Of a stretch of DNA of 38,470 nucleotides, positions 14,338 through 23,251 are shown one piece after another. The number at the start of each line of letters is the position of its first letter. Position 1 is the first letter of the stretch. Made by a program: the position numbers and the translations under genes. The DNA comes from a virus. The stretch is from the IMG/VR virus record IMGVR_UViG_2919289632_000001, one strand, 5' to 3'. The notes under the pieces are model-generated. The model made no database searches. It was given only the letters and a program-made list of their open reading frames with translations, and was not told the DNA's origin.

Positions 14338-14412
14338 TGCACCTTGGAGCAGCGGTAGCTCGGCGGGCTCATAACCCGAAGGTCGGCGGTTCAACTCCGT
14401 CAGGTGCAACCA
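14338..14412 (+). tRNA. tRNA-Met(CAU) with initiator-type features
   Basis: 75-nt cloverleaf. Acceptor TGCACCT/AGGTGCA; D-arm GAGC-AGCGGTA-GCTC; anticodon arm GCGGG-CTCATAA-CCCGA; variable loop AGGTC; T-arm GGCGG-TTCAACT-CCGTC; discriminator A; encoded CCA. Confidence 0.9.
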
Positions 14413-14505
14413 AATGCCGCTCTAAGCGGTGTCGCTCGTTGCTGATGTTGGGGCCTGGACTTGCGATCCTCGGCCAGTAATTGAGGCTACTTCAGGTCCG
14501 CCTAC

Positions 14506-14700
14506 ATGAGCACTTTCAACACCAAGCCCGTTGGAGTCCAGGGCGTGATGATCCCGAAAGGGGTCGAGATCAGCGTCTGGAGTGATGGCGAATGGCGCCC
14601 TATCGGCAAGACGCTCAGCCATGTGCGCCCAGCATTGCGCAGGGATCGCAGTCGCACCGTGTGGGGCCTGAAGCGAGGACGCCGCGCCTCGCGCAAGTGA
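14506..14700 (+). CDS. Hypothetical small basic protein (64 aa)
   Basis: GC3 is about 80% in frame, but no clear SD is present. Confidence 0.5.
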   Translation: MSTFNTKPVGVQGVMIPKGVEISVWSDGEWRPIGKTLSHVRPALRRDRSRTVWGLKRGRRASRK

Positions 14701-14855
14701 ATCCGACCCCGAAGCCCGGCAACCAGCGCTGGCCCACCAGGGGGAAGTGGTGGGGGGGATCCCTCCGAAAGCTCGGTGCTGGGAAGCGTAGGCAGCTGCC
14801 AGCAGGGCCAGGCTAAGCCCTGTAGTCCGATGGCAGCACATCACATGGATGCAGC

Positions 14856-15098
14856 ATGGAACTGGAATACACCCGCGTCGAGTCCTTTGAAGTGAAGGGC
14901 ATCCGCTTCACCTGCGTTTCCAAGTGGAACGGCATGGAGGAATGGAAGGACGACAAGGGCCGCAAGATGATCGTTGCGCGTGGATACGAAGGCGGCTTCG
15001 CTGCGACGTTCCAGCAGCTGTTCGGCGATTCGATAGCTCCCGGAACGCTGCGCGTGATCTCCGCCGCTCCTGATCTGATTGCGCTGCTGAAGGCCTGA
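14856..15098 (+). CDS. Hypothetical protein (80 aa)
   Basis: Track ORF with a natural-looking composition, closely followed by the next gene. Confidence 0.75.
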   Translation: MELEYTRVESFEVKGIRFTCVSKWNGMEEWKDDKGRKMIVARGYEGGFAATFQQLFGDSIAPGTLRVISAAPDLIALLKA

Positions 15099-15100
15099 AC

Positions 15101-15346
15101 ATGGAAACCGTCTCCTACCAGCGCATCAGCGACGCCAAGCCCACTCACATCATCACCGCCTGCGAAGACTCCGACACCTGTCCGGGCTGCGGCGCTGGGT
15201 ACAAGGTGGGGCTGAGCGCCTGCGAGTATTGCCGCCGGCCTGTGCGGTTCGCCGCCGGCAGCTTGGTGCCAAAGGAAATGCTCGCCTGTGTGCACATGGG
15301 CGAGGCGATCATCCCTCGAATGCTGGATGAGCGGTTTCGAGAATGA
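15101..15346 (+). CDS. Hypothetical zinc-ribbon protein (81 aa)
   Basis: CPGCG...CEYC motif. The stop overlaps the HNH gene start (ATGA). Confidence 0.75.
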   Translation: METVSYQRISDAKPTHIITACEDSDTCPGCGAGYKVGLSACEYCRRPVRFAAGSLVPKEMLACVHMGEAIIPRMLDERFRE

Positions 15347-15684
15347 AGACGCCGCCCCGCCTGAAGACTATCAAGCCCCGACTCGCCCCCCTGGCCGTCG
15401 CTCCCGTCCGGACTTTGACCTCCAAGGCCGGAGCATCGGAGCGCGTGAGGGGGAACGTCTGGGCCCGCATCCGCAACCAGGTGTTAGTCCGGGATGCATA
15501 CACCTGCCAGGGCTGCGGACGTGTATCAGCCGACAACGAGGTGGATCACATCAAGCCGCTGGAGCAGGGAGGCCACCCGACAGCACTTTCCAACCTGCAG
15601 ACCTTGTGCAAAGGGCCGGACGGATGCCATACGAAGAAGACGGCCCGAGAGGCAGGGAAACGGGCAAAGGGGTGGGGCGGGTGA
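15343..15684 (+). CDS. HNH endonuclease (terminase-associated)
   Basis: CQGCGRVSADNEVDHIKPLEQGGHPTALSNLQTLCKGPDGCHTKKT. It lies immediately upstream of the terminase genes, as in HK97-like phages. Confidence 0.9.
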   Translation: MKTPPRLKTIKPRLAPLAVAPVRTLTSKAGASERVRGNVWARIRNQVLVRDAYTCQGCGRVSADNEVDHIKPLEQGGHPTALSNLQTLCKGPDGCHTKKTAREAGKRAKGWGG

Positions 15685-15793
15685 AAAGTCTGGAGGCCGC
15701 GAAGTCAGGAAACCCCGCCGTTTCCCACGCGCGCCAAAAACCCCTTGTTTGATTCCCTGAGCGGGGGAAATCAAAGAATCAAAGGAATCAAAA

Positions 15794-16204
15794 ATGCCCC
15801 GAGGTGGTTCACGACCTGGTGCAGGGCGCAAGCCCAAAGCCAAGCCGCAGGACGCACCAGCGGCAAAACCGGTGGTGGATGCCGCCGGATTCAAGACGGA
15901 CGCGGCGCCCGAGAACTGGCCGTTCGGCAAGGAACCGCCGAAGGAGCCCGATCCGCCCGAAGACCTGAGCAAGATGACTCCGTTGGAGTTCCTGTTGAAG
16001 GTCATGCGAGACGAGGACGAGGACAAGGGCCGACGCATGCAAGCCGCATCCCTGGCGGCCCCGTATTGCCACCCCAAGAAGGGGGAGAGCACCAAGAAGG
16101 CCGAGGCCGAAGAGAAAGCCAAGGCTGCAGGGTCTGGCCGGTTCGCAACACGCAAGGGTCCACCAGGGCCGCAGCTCGCGGCAGCGGGAGGTAAGAGGGT
16201 CTGA
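15794..16204 (+). CDS. terS: Terminase small subunit
   Basis: 136 aa. The N-terminus is MPRGGSRPGAGRKPK, and MTPLEFLLKVMRDEDEDKGRRMQAASLAAPYCHPK is typical of small terminases recalled from high-GC proteobacterial (Burkholderiales-type) phages. Its position fits. Confidence 0.7.
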   Translation: MPRGGSRPGAGRKPKAKPQDAPAAKPVVDAAGFKTDAAPENWPFGKEPPKEPDPPEDLSKMTPLEFLLKVMRDEDEDKGRRMQAASLAAPYCHPKKGESTKKAEAEEKAKAAGSGRFATRKGPPGPQLAAAGGKRV

Positions 16205-16206
16205 AC

Positions 16207-17958
16207 ATGGAATGGAGCACGGCCTGCAAGGACTGGGAGCGCCGCATCGTTGAGCGTGAGCCGCTGATCCCCTTTGCGCCCTTGTTCCCCGACATGGCCG
16301 ACGAGGCTTGGGATGTTTTCAGCCACCTTGTGATGGTGGACGTTGACGGCCAGCCGACGATGGGCGAGATCTGCCTGCCCTGGCTTGAGCATTGGGTCCG
16401 GGCGATCTTCGGCGCGCGGCACCCGGAGACAGGGCGGCAGCTGATCAATGAGTTCTTCCTCATGGTCAGCAAGAAGAACGGCAAGTCGAGCATTGCGGCA
16501 GGCGTGATGCTGACCGCGCTGATCCTGAACTGGCGCCCCTCGGCCGAGCTGCTGATCCTCAGCCCGACCAAGGAGATCGCCGAGAACAGTTTCAAGCCGA
16601 TCCGCGACATGATCAACGCGGACGAGGAGCTGCAGGCCCTGCTGAAGGTGCAGGAGTACCAGCGGCTGATCACCCATCGCGAGAACCAGGCCACGCTGAA
16701 GGTGGTGGCGGCAGACAGCGACACGGTGTCGGGCAAAAAGGCCAGCTTCGTTTTCGTGGATGAGCTCCACGAGTTCGGTAAGAAGGCCAAGGCCTCCAAC
16801 ATGCTGCTGGAGGCCACGGGCGGCTTGGCGTCGCGCCCCGAGGGGTTTGTGATCTACGCCACGACGCAGAGCGAGCAGCCACCGGCCGGTGTGTTCAAGG
16901 ACAAGCTGGACTACGCCCGCAAGGTGCGGGACGGAGAGATCGAAGACCGGAAGTTCCTCCCGCTGATCTACGAGTTCCCGCAGGCCATGCTGGCGGCCAA
17001 GGCCCACCGGGACCTGAACAACGCCTATGTGACCAACCCGAACTGGGGCACGTCGGTCGATATCGAGCGCATCACCCAGCTGCACAGCCAGGCGCAGGCG
17101 CTGGGCGAGCAGCAGTTCAAGGAATTTCTCGCGAAGCACCTGAACGTCGAGATCGGCATGAACCTGCACAACGACCGTTGGGCGGGGGCGGACTTCTGGG
17201 AGACACAGGGCACACGCCCAGGCCTGACCCTGCAGAACCTGCTGGACGAGTGCGAAGTGATCGACGTTGGTATCGACGGCGGCGGCCTGGACGACCTGCT
17301 GGGCTTGGCGGTGCTGGGCCGCAGGCGTGAGCAAGAAGAGGTGTTCGTGCTGGAGTACACGGACCCTGAGACGAATGAGCTTGTGCCTGCGCATTGGGCG
17401 ACGGTGCAGCGCTGGCTGCTTTGGACCCGGGCATGGGCGCACCCCTCTGTGCTGGAGCGCCGCAAGGAGATCGCCCCCCGCCTACTGGACTTTTCCAAGC
17501 AGGGGCACCTGGTGCTGGTGAAGAACGTGGGCGAGGACACGGCGCAGCTCGCGAAGCTGGTGAAGCGGTGCGAAGACTCTGGCCTTCTGGACCAGGTGGG
17601 CTGTGACCCGCTGGGCCTGGGCGGTGTGCTCGATGCCCTTGCAAAGGAAGAGGTCCCGCGCGAAAAGATCGTGGGCGTGCCCCAGGGCTACAAGCTGCAC
17701 AGCGCCATCAAGACCGGGGAGCGAAAGCTCGCCGAGGGCGTGTTGGTGCATGGGGCTCAGCCCCTGATGGCCTGGTGCGTTGGTAACGCCCGCGTGGAGG
17801 CCAGCAAGAACGCGGTGATCGTGACAAAGCAGGCATCGGGCACCGGAAAGATCGACCCGCTGATGGCCACATACAACGCCATCACCCTGCTATCCCTCAA
17901 CCCTGAAGGCGTCGGACTCAACCTGGACGACATCCTCGCAAACCCATTGATTGCCTAA
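16207..17958 (+). CDS. terL: Terminase large subunit
   Basis: 583 aa with a Walker A-like VSKKNGKSS and the layout of the Terminase_1 family. Confidence 0.95.
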   Translation: MEWSTACKDWERRIVEREPLIPFAPLFPDMADEAWDVFSHLVMVDVDGQPTMGEICLPWLEHWVRAIFGARHPETGRQLINEFFLMVSKKNGKSSIAAGVMLTALILNWRPSAELLILSPTKEIAENSFKPIRDMINADEELQALLKVQEYQRLITHRENQATLKVVAADSDTVSGKKASFVFVDELHEFGKKAKASNMLLEATGGLASRPEGFVIYATTQSEQPPAGVFKDKLDYARKVRDGEIEDRKFLPLIYEFPQAMLAAKAHRDLNNAYVTNPNWGTSVDIERITQLHSQAQALGEQQFKEFLAKHLNVEIGMNLHNDRWAGADFWETQGTRPGLTLQNLLDECEVIDVGIDGGGLDDLLGLAVLGRRREQEEVFVLEYTDPETNELVPAHWATVQRWLLWTRAWAHPSVLERRKEIAPRLLDFSKQGHLVLVKNVGEDTAQLAKLVKRCEDSGLLDQVGCDPLGLGGVLDALAKEEVPREKIVGVPQGYKLHSAIKTGERKLAEGVLVHGAQPLMAWCVGNARVEASKNAVIVTKQASGTGKIDPLMATYNAITLLSLNPEGVGLNLDDILANPLIA

Positions 17959-19205
17959 TGGCCACACTCCTTCACACTGTCGGGCGCTGGTTCGGCTGGG
18001 GCGGGGCCCTTGGCGAAAGCAAGGGCGACCAGTACGCCGCACCGACTACAGCGCTCAATGACGGACTGCGCAACATCGGCGCCGAGGGCGCGCTTCAGAT
18101 GGATACCGTCTGGGCTGCCATCGACCGCCGGGCGACCACAGTCGCCAGCCTCCCGTTTTTTGTCTACGAGCAGCGCAACGGCCAGAAGGTGTTGGCGCGC
18201 ACCTCGCGGCTCTACACGCTGCTGCATGACAGCCCCAATTCGCGCATGACGCCCTTCGAGTTCTGGCGCGCGATGATGATGAACTACGACCTGCGCGGCA
18301 ATGCCTATGCCCGCGTGGAACGTGCGCCAGATGGAGAGGCTGTCGCACTCTGGCCCATGCCCGCCGACCAGGTGATCCCTGTGGTGCTGGACGACGGCAG
18401 CATGGTTTACCGGTACTACATCAACGGGGACATTGCGTTTCTCTCCGACGAGAACGTGCTGCACCTGAAGAACCTCGGCAATGGCACGGTGGGTCTGGCG
18501 AAGCTAGAGTTCATGCGCGGCACGACCGACGAGCAGGCAAAGGCCCAGCAGTCGGCGTCCAAGGTGTTCGGAAACGGTGGGAAGCCGACCGGCGTGCTGA
18601 TGATCGATGCCACCTTGAAGCCAGGCCAGCGCGAATCCCTGCGCGCCAACTATGGCGAGCTGGCCACGGGCAGCACCTCACGGCTGGCGGTGCTTGAAGC
18701 GAACATGAAGTATCAGCAGCTGGGCCTCAGTCCCGAGGATCAGCAGCTCCTGGAGACACGCCAGTTCGGCGTAGAGCAGTTCTGCCGCTGGCTGGATGTG
18801 CCCCCGGTGCTGGTCTACCACTCCAACGTGACGGCCTGGGGCACCGGCATCGAGCAGATCGTGGACGGCTGGCACAAGTTCAGCCTGCGCCCGATCCTGG
18901 TAGGCATCGAGCAAGCCGTGCGCAAGCGCGTGATGACCCCTCGCCAGCGGGCCACCATGACGGCCGAGTTCAGTCTCGACGCACTGCTGCGCGGCAACGC
19001 CAAGGACCGCACCGAGATCGCCGCGAAGAAGGTGCAGAACGGCCTAGCCACTCGAAATGAGATGCGCCAGCTTGAGAACGAACCGCCCATCGATGGTGGC
19101 GATGTGATCACGGTGCAAACCAACCTGCTGCCCATCGACAAGCTGGGCAAGGTGCCAACGAAAGGAACCAGCAATGCTGATTCGGAAAACCCTATCGCTC
19201 AGTGA
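17958..19205 (+). CDS. Portal protein (HK97 family)
   Basis: 415 aa. TAATG coupling to terL, plus typical order and size. Confidence 0.9.
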   Translation: MATLLHTVGRWFGWGGALGESKGDQYAAPTTALNDGLRNIGAEGALQMDTVWAAIDRRATTVASLPFFVYEQRNGQKVLARTSRLYTLLHDSPNSRMTPFEFWRAMMMNYDLRGNAYARVERAPDGEAVALWPMPADQVIPVVLDDGSMVYRYYINGDIAFLSDENVLHLKNLGNGTVGLAKLEFMRGTTDEQAKAQQSASKVFGNGGKPTGVLMIDATLKPGQRESLRANYGELATGSTSRLAVLEANMKYQQLGLSPEDQQLLETRQFGVEQFCRWLDVPPVLVYHSNVTAWGTGIEQIVDGWHKFSLRPILVGIEQAVRKRVMTPRQRATMTAEFSLDALLRGNAKDRTEIAAKKVQNGLATRNEMRQLENEPPIDGGDVITVQTNLLPIDKLGKVPTKGTSNADSENPIAQ

Positions 19206-19845
19206 CGTGTCCCTGAAGATGGACGGGGAAACCGGCAAGTTCACCGGCTATGCCTCTGTCTTCAATGGCGTGGACGCCGCTGGTGACACCATCTTGCGCG
19301 GTGCCTTCCTCGAAACGCTGAGCCAGGCGCAACCAAAGATGTTCTGGAACCACAAGTGGGACATGCCCATTGGGAAATGGACTGTGGCGCGCGAGGACGA
19401 GAAGGGCCTGTTCGTAGAAGGCGAACTGACCAAGGGCCTCGCCCTGGCCGACGACGTGCACGCGGCCATGAAGCACGGCACGCTGGACGGCCTGAGCATC
19501 GGCGGCATGCTCAAGCGTGGCGACTACGACGAAACGAAGACGGGCCGGACCATCCGCAAGTGGTCCCGCCTGGTGGAGGTGTCCCCTGTGGTGTTCCCTG
19601 CCGATGGCATGGCCCGCATCGACACCGCCAGCGTGAAGTCTCTGGACTTCGAGGCGCTACTGCCCGAGTGCAAGACGGAACGAGACATTGAACGGCTGCT
19701 GCGGGATGCGGGGCTGGGCAAGTGGGAGGCGATGGCAACCGTCTCCCGGGCCAAGGCGATCTTCTCGGGACGGGATGTCCCCGACGACGCGGAAGCCAAG
19801 ACCGAGCGCCTGATCCTGGAGCGACTCCAGCGTTTGGCCGCATAG
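19174..19845 (+). CDS. Prohead protease (HK97 / S78 family)
   Basis: AAAGGAA lies 6 nt upstream of the ATG. GKFTGYASVFNGVDAAGDTILRGAF is the family signature. Confidence 0.9.
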   Translation: MLIRKTLSLSDVSLKMDGETGKFTGYASVFNGVDAAGDTILRGAFLETLSQAQPKMFWNHKWDMPIGKWTVAREDEKGLFVEGELTKGLALADDVHAAMKHGTLDGLSIGGMLKRGDYDETKTGRTIRKWSRLVEVSPVVFPADGMARIDTASVKSLDFEALLPECKTERDIERLLRDAGLGKWEAMATVSRAKAIFSGRDVPDDAEAKTERLILERLQRLAA

Positions 19846-19871
19846 CCACTCACCCCAACCCGCAACCAATG

Positions 19872-19893
19872 ACCGCCCGAGAGGCGGTTTTTT
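19872..19893 (+). terminator. Hairpin plus T-run between the protease and capsid genes
   Basis: ACCGCC-CGAGA-GGCGGT followed by TTTTTT. Confidence 0.5.
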
Positions 19894-19911
19894 CATTTCA
19901 GAAAGACGCAT

Positions 19912-21231
19912 ATGAAAAAGTCTCTTTTCTCCTTCCGCGCAATGGCTCTTCTGGCTGTTGCCTTCGTCGCACTGGGCGCCCAGGCGGCCGGCGTGGACAT
20001 CCCCGCCCTCGTCGCAAGCAATCCGCACATGGCACTGGGCCTCACCGGCTTTGCAATGCTCGGCGAGCTGGATGGCACATCCATCATGAAGGCTCTGGAC
20101 GCCGTGGAGAACAAACTGACCGCCATGTCCGAGAAGGCCGACGGCGAGATGAAGACGCTCGGCAAGGTGGCTACCGATACCAAGACCGCTCTGGAAAACA
20201 TCGGCGTTGAGCAGCGCACCCTGGCCGAGCGCCTGACCCAGCTCGAACAGAAGGGCTCTGCGCCCGGCAAGGATCAGCCCGAGGACACCAGCTGGGGCGC
20301 TCAGGTGGTCAAGTCTGCCGCCTTCGAGGCGTTCAACGCTGGCCAGACGCAGAAGGCGCGCATCGAGGTCAAGAACACGCTGACCGGCAGTGACGTGACC
20401 GTGGCTCCCGACCGCCGCCAGGGCATCGTGCCCGGTGCCCAGCAAACGCTGACCATCGAAAGCCTGCTGCGCTCGGTGCCCACCTCCAGCAATGCCATCG
20501 AGTTCACCCGCGAAGACACCTTCACGAACAACGCGGCGGAAACTGCTGAAGGGGTGGCCAAGCCGGAATCGGCGATCACCTACACGCTGGTGAATCAGCC
20601 GGTGTCCACCGTGGCCCATTGGATCAAGATCTCCAAGCAGCTGGCCGCCGACAATGCCGCCCTGGCCGCCTACGTGAACAACCGCATGACCTACGGCGTG
20701 AACCGCAAGGTGGAAACGCAACTGGTGAGCGGCCTGGGCACTGGTGCTCTGCTGTCCGGCATGATGAAGACGGGCAACTACACGTTGCACGGCTACCTCT
20801 CCGGCGCCCTGGGCTCCACGCTCCCCAAGCTGGTCCTGATCCGCAAGATCCTGGCCGACCTGTGGACCGCTGGCTATCCTGCCGACGCAATCCTGCTGAG
20901 TCCTGCTGACTGGGCACAGATCGAGATCGAGCTGTTCACGACGCCCAGCAACACGGTCCGCGTGTCGGTCGATGCCAACGGCGTCACCCGCCTGTTCGGG
21001 GTTCCGGTGATCCAGTCGGTGGGCATCGCAGCCGACACCTTCCTGATCGCCAACTTCGCCCAGGCCTACACCCTCTACAACCGCGAGGGCGTGGTGGTGG
21101 AACTGTCCGAGTCTGACAGCGACAACTTCACCAAGAACCTGATCACGGTTCGCGCTGAGCGCCGCCTGGCGCTGGCCACCGAGATCCCGGCCGCCGCGCG
21201 CGGTGGTGATCTGACGCCTCCCGCGTCCTGA
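19912..21231 (+). CDS. Major capsid protein (HK97 family, with an N-terminal delta/scaffold-like domain)
   Basis: 439 aa. A coiled N-terminal ~110 aa is followed by the capsid fold region. Its position after the protease fits. Confidence 0.9.
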   Translation: MKKSLFSFRAMALLAVAFVALGAQAAGVDIPALVASNPHMALGLTGFAMLGELDGTSIMKALDAVENKLTAMSEKADGEMKTLGKVATDTKTALENIGVEQRTLAERLTQLEQKGSAPGKDQPEDTSWGAQVVKSAAFEAFNAGQTQKARIEVKNTLTGSDVTVAPDRRQGIVPGAQQTLTIESLLRSVPTSSNAIEFTREDTFTNNAAETAEGVAKPESAITYTLVNQPVSTVAHWIKISKQLAADNAALAAYVNNRMTYGVNRKVETQLVSGLGTGALLSGMMKTGNYTLHGYLSGALGSTLPKLVLIRKILADLWTAGYPADAILLSPADWAQIEIELFTTPSNTVRVSVDANGVTRLFGVPVIQSVGIAADTFLIANFAQAYTLYNREGVVVELSESDSDNFTKNLITVRAERRLALATEIPAAARGGDLTPPAS

Positions 21232-21293
21232 TGAGTCTGGGCCGGGGCTTCGCGCTCCGGCCCGCTCCTTCCCCTCAACTCCTGGAGCCCATC

Positions 21294-21593
21294 ATGGAAT
21301 GGATCACTTTCACCACCTTCGGCTCGAATTCCGCCATCGGCGCGTTCGGTGCTGGCGACCAGATGCGCGTCGGCGAGGACATGGCAAAGCACCTGGTCGA
21401 TGATGTCGGCTGCGCGGTGCGCGGCCAGTTCAAGGCGCGCGACCTGCAGCCCGCCGAGGCCGAGCCTGTTGCCAAGCCATCGGCCGGCCTGAACGTGCCC
21501 GAGCTGAAGGCCGCGCTCGAAGCCAAGGGCATCACCGCGCCCGATGGCGCGAAGAAGGCGGAACTGGCCGCCCTGCTGGACGGAGCAGCCTGA
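21294..21593 (+). CDS. Hypothetical head-associated protein with a C-terminal HeH/SAP-like motif
   Basis: ATG 21294 has GGAG 6 nt upstream. The C-terminus is LNVPELKAALEAKGITAPDGAKKAELAALL. Confidence 0.65.
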   Translation: MEWITFTTFGSNSAIGAFGAGDQMRVGEDMAKHLVDDVGCAVRGQFKARDLQPAEAEPVAKPSAGLNVPELKAALEAKGITAPDGAKKAELAALLDGAA

Positions 21594-21931
21594 TGTCGCT
21601 GGTGGACGTACCAACGGCGAAGCTGCACCTCCGGGTGGACGATTCGGCAGAGGACGCCCTCATCCAGCTGTACATCGATGCGGCCGAGGCCTCTGCAGTC
21701 GAGTTCCTGAACCGGAACGTGTACACCAATCAGGCTGCCATGGACGCAGCCGCTGAAGCACCACCTGCTGAGCCGATGGTGATCAACGCTGCGGTGAAAG
21801 CCGCGATCCTGCTGCTGGTTGGGCATCTGTTCCACAACCGGGAAGAGGCTGCCGTGGGTGTATCAGTAGCCGCGCTGCCCGTGAACTCGCAGCGGCTCCT
21901 GCAGCCGTACCGGGTCGGAATGGGGGTGTGA
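21593..21931 (+). CDS. Head-tail connector (gp6-like)
   Basis: AKLHLRVDDSAEDALIQLYIDAAEASAVEFLNRNVY is the family signature. Confidence 0.85.
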   Translation: MSLVDVPTAKLHLRVDDSAEDALIQLYIDAAEASAVEFLNRNVYTNQAAMDAAAEAPPAEPMVINAAVKAAILLLVGHLFHNREEAAVGVSVAALPVNSQRLLQPYRVGMGV

Positions 21932-21932
21932 C

Positions 21933-22250
21933 ATGCGCGCCGGAGATCTGCGAAACCGCATCACCATCGAGCGCCAGACCACAGACCAGGACGCGGGCGG
22001 CCAGCCGCTGGAGGTGTGGACGCCCATGGCCACCGTCTGGGCTGACATCCGCAACCCGACAGGGTTGGGCGCCATCCGCGCAGATGCTCAGGCGGCGGTG
22101 GTGAAAACCTCCATCCGCATCCGCTGGCGCACCGACATCGAGGCAGGCATGCGGGTGGTTCACGGCGCCACGGTGTACGAGATCGGCGCCGTGCTGCCTG
22201 ACCACGCTAGGCGCGAGTTTGTGGACCTCGTATGCGGGGGCGCGAAGTGA
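21933..22250 (+). CDS. Head closure / head-tail adaptor protein
   Basis: MRAGDLRNRITIERQT...WADIRN...IRIRWRTDI...VYEI is the SPP1 gp16-like pattern. Confidence 0.85.
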   Translation: MRAGDLRNRITIERQTTDQDAGGQPLEVWTPMATVWADIRNPTGLGAIRADAQAAVVKTSIRIRWRTDIEAGMRVVHGATVYEIGAVLPDHARREFVDLVCGGAK

Positions 22251-22672
22251 TCGGCGCGAGCTTCGATCTGTCTGGCATCAATGCGCGGCTGGATCGGCTC
22301 ACGGCGGCAGCCAAGAAGAACACCCGCAAGGCGGCCCAGGCCGGTGCGCAGGTGTACCACGATGAGCTCAAGGCCCGGGCGCCCATGAGTGCGCAGCCGC
22401 ACAAGAGCGGCAAGAAGGTCTACACGCCCGGAACGCTCCGGCGCGCGATCTATCAGGCGTTCGTGGAAGACGAGAGCAACGACAGCCAGGCCACCTACCG
22501 CGTGAGCTGGAACAAGTCGCACGCCTTCTACGGCAAGTTTCTGGAGTACGGGACCAGCAAGATGGCGGCAAAGCCTTTCCTGCGGCCGGGCTACGACGCG
22601 GCCCACCCGCGCGCGCTCAGCGCCGTGCGAGAGGTGATGCGGTCGGCTGTCGAGGAGGAGCTGCAGAGATGA
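22232..22672 (+). CDS. HK97 gp10-family tail-head joining protein
   Basis: YGKFLEYGTSKMAAKPFLRPGYD is present. An alternative GTG start at 22247 overlaps the upstream stop. Confidence 0.85.
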   Translation: MRGREVIGASFDLSGINARLDRLTAAAKKNTRKAAQAGAQVYHDELKARAPMSAQPHKSGKKVYTPGTLRRAIYQAFVEDESNDSQATYRVSWNKSHAFYGKFLEYGTSKMAAKPFLRPGYDAAHPRALSAVREVMRSAVEEELQR

Positions 22673-23025
22673 GCATCGATACCCTGATTGCCGCCGCGCT
22701 GTCGCCGCTGGTCAGTGGCCGCGTCTATCCGGATGTGGCTCCCGACAACCCCGTGTTGCCGTACATCGTCTACCAGCAGGTGGGCGGGGCCGGGCTGGTG
22801 TTCCAGGAAGGGACGCTACCTGACCACGAGGGCTGCCGGATCCAGATTGCAACCTGGGGGGCTCGCCGGGTCGATGTCACAGCGCTGGCCAAGCTGGCGG
22901 AGAAGGCGCTGATCGATGCGCCGGGCTTGCAGACCGAGCCGATGGGCGGCCGGGTCTCGGACTACGAGTCAGACACCAAACGATACGGAGCGCGCCAGGA
23001 CTTCATGATCTGGGCGCCCCGCTGA
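22669..23025 (+). CDS. Tail terminator / completion protein (DUF3168-like)
   Basis: VYPDVAPDNPVLPYIVYQQVGG...RIQIATWG pattern. ATGA-coupled. Confidence 0.8.
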   Translation: MSIDTLIAAALSPLVSGRVYPDVAPDNPVLPYIVYQQVGGAGLVFQEGTLPDHEGCRIQIATWGARRVDVTALAKLAEKALIDAPGLQTEPMGGRVSDYESDTKRYGARQDFMIWAPR

Positions 23026-23214
23026 GAGGATGACATGCACCCAGCAACCAAAGAACTTCACCAAACGCTGATCCGCCTGATCAAAGGCTGCATCGGCGCC
23101 TGGGAGCGCTGGTTGGAACAGCAAACCCAGAAGTAACACCAGTTTCCTCAACCCTGCCTCGCAGGCTTGCCACTCCCACCAGGGACTCGCAGCCATGACG
23201 CCTCGCAGAAATCG

Positions 23215-23234
23215 GCCCCGGAAGGGGCTTTTTT
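23215..23234 (+). terminator. Hairpin (GGAA loop) plus T6 in the major-tail leader
   Basis: GCCCC-GGAA-GGGGC followed by TTTTTT. Confidence 0.5.
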
Positions 23235-23251
23235 CATTGCGAAAGGCCATC

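Noticed and set aside
15526-17442. 638-aa minus-strand ORF across terS/terL
   Set aside because: It is a shadow ORF of a high-GC region. Its composition is Arg/Leu/His/Gln-rich and it is fully antisense to clearly recognisable terminase genes.
19657-20790. 377-aa minus-strand ORF across the protease and capsid genes
   Set aside because: It is antisense to well-supported HK97-type genes and has a shadow-frame composition.
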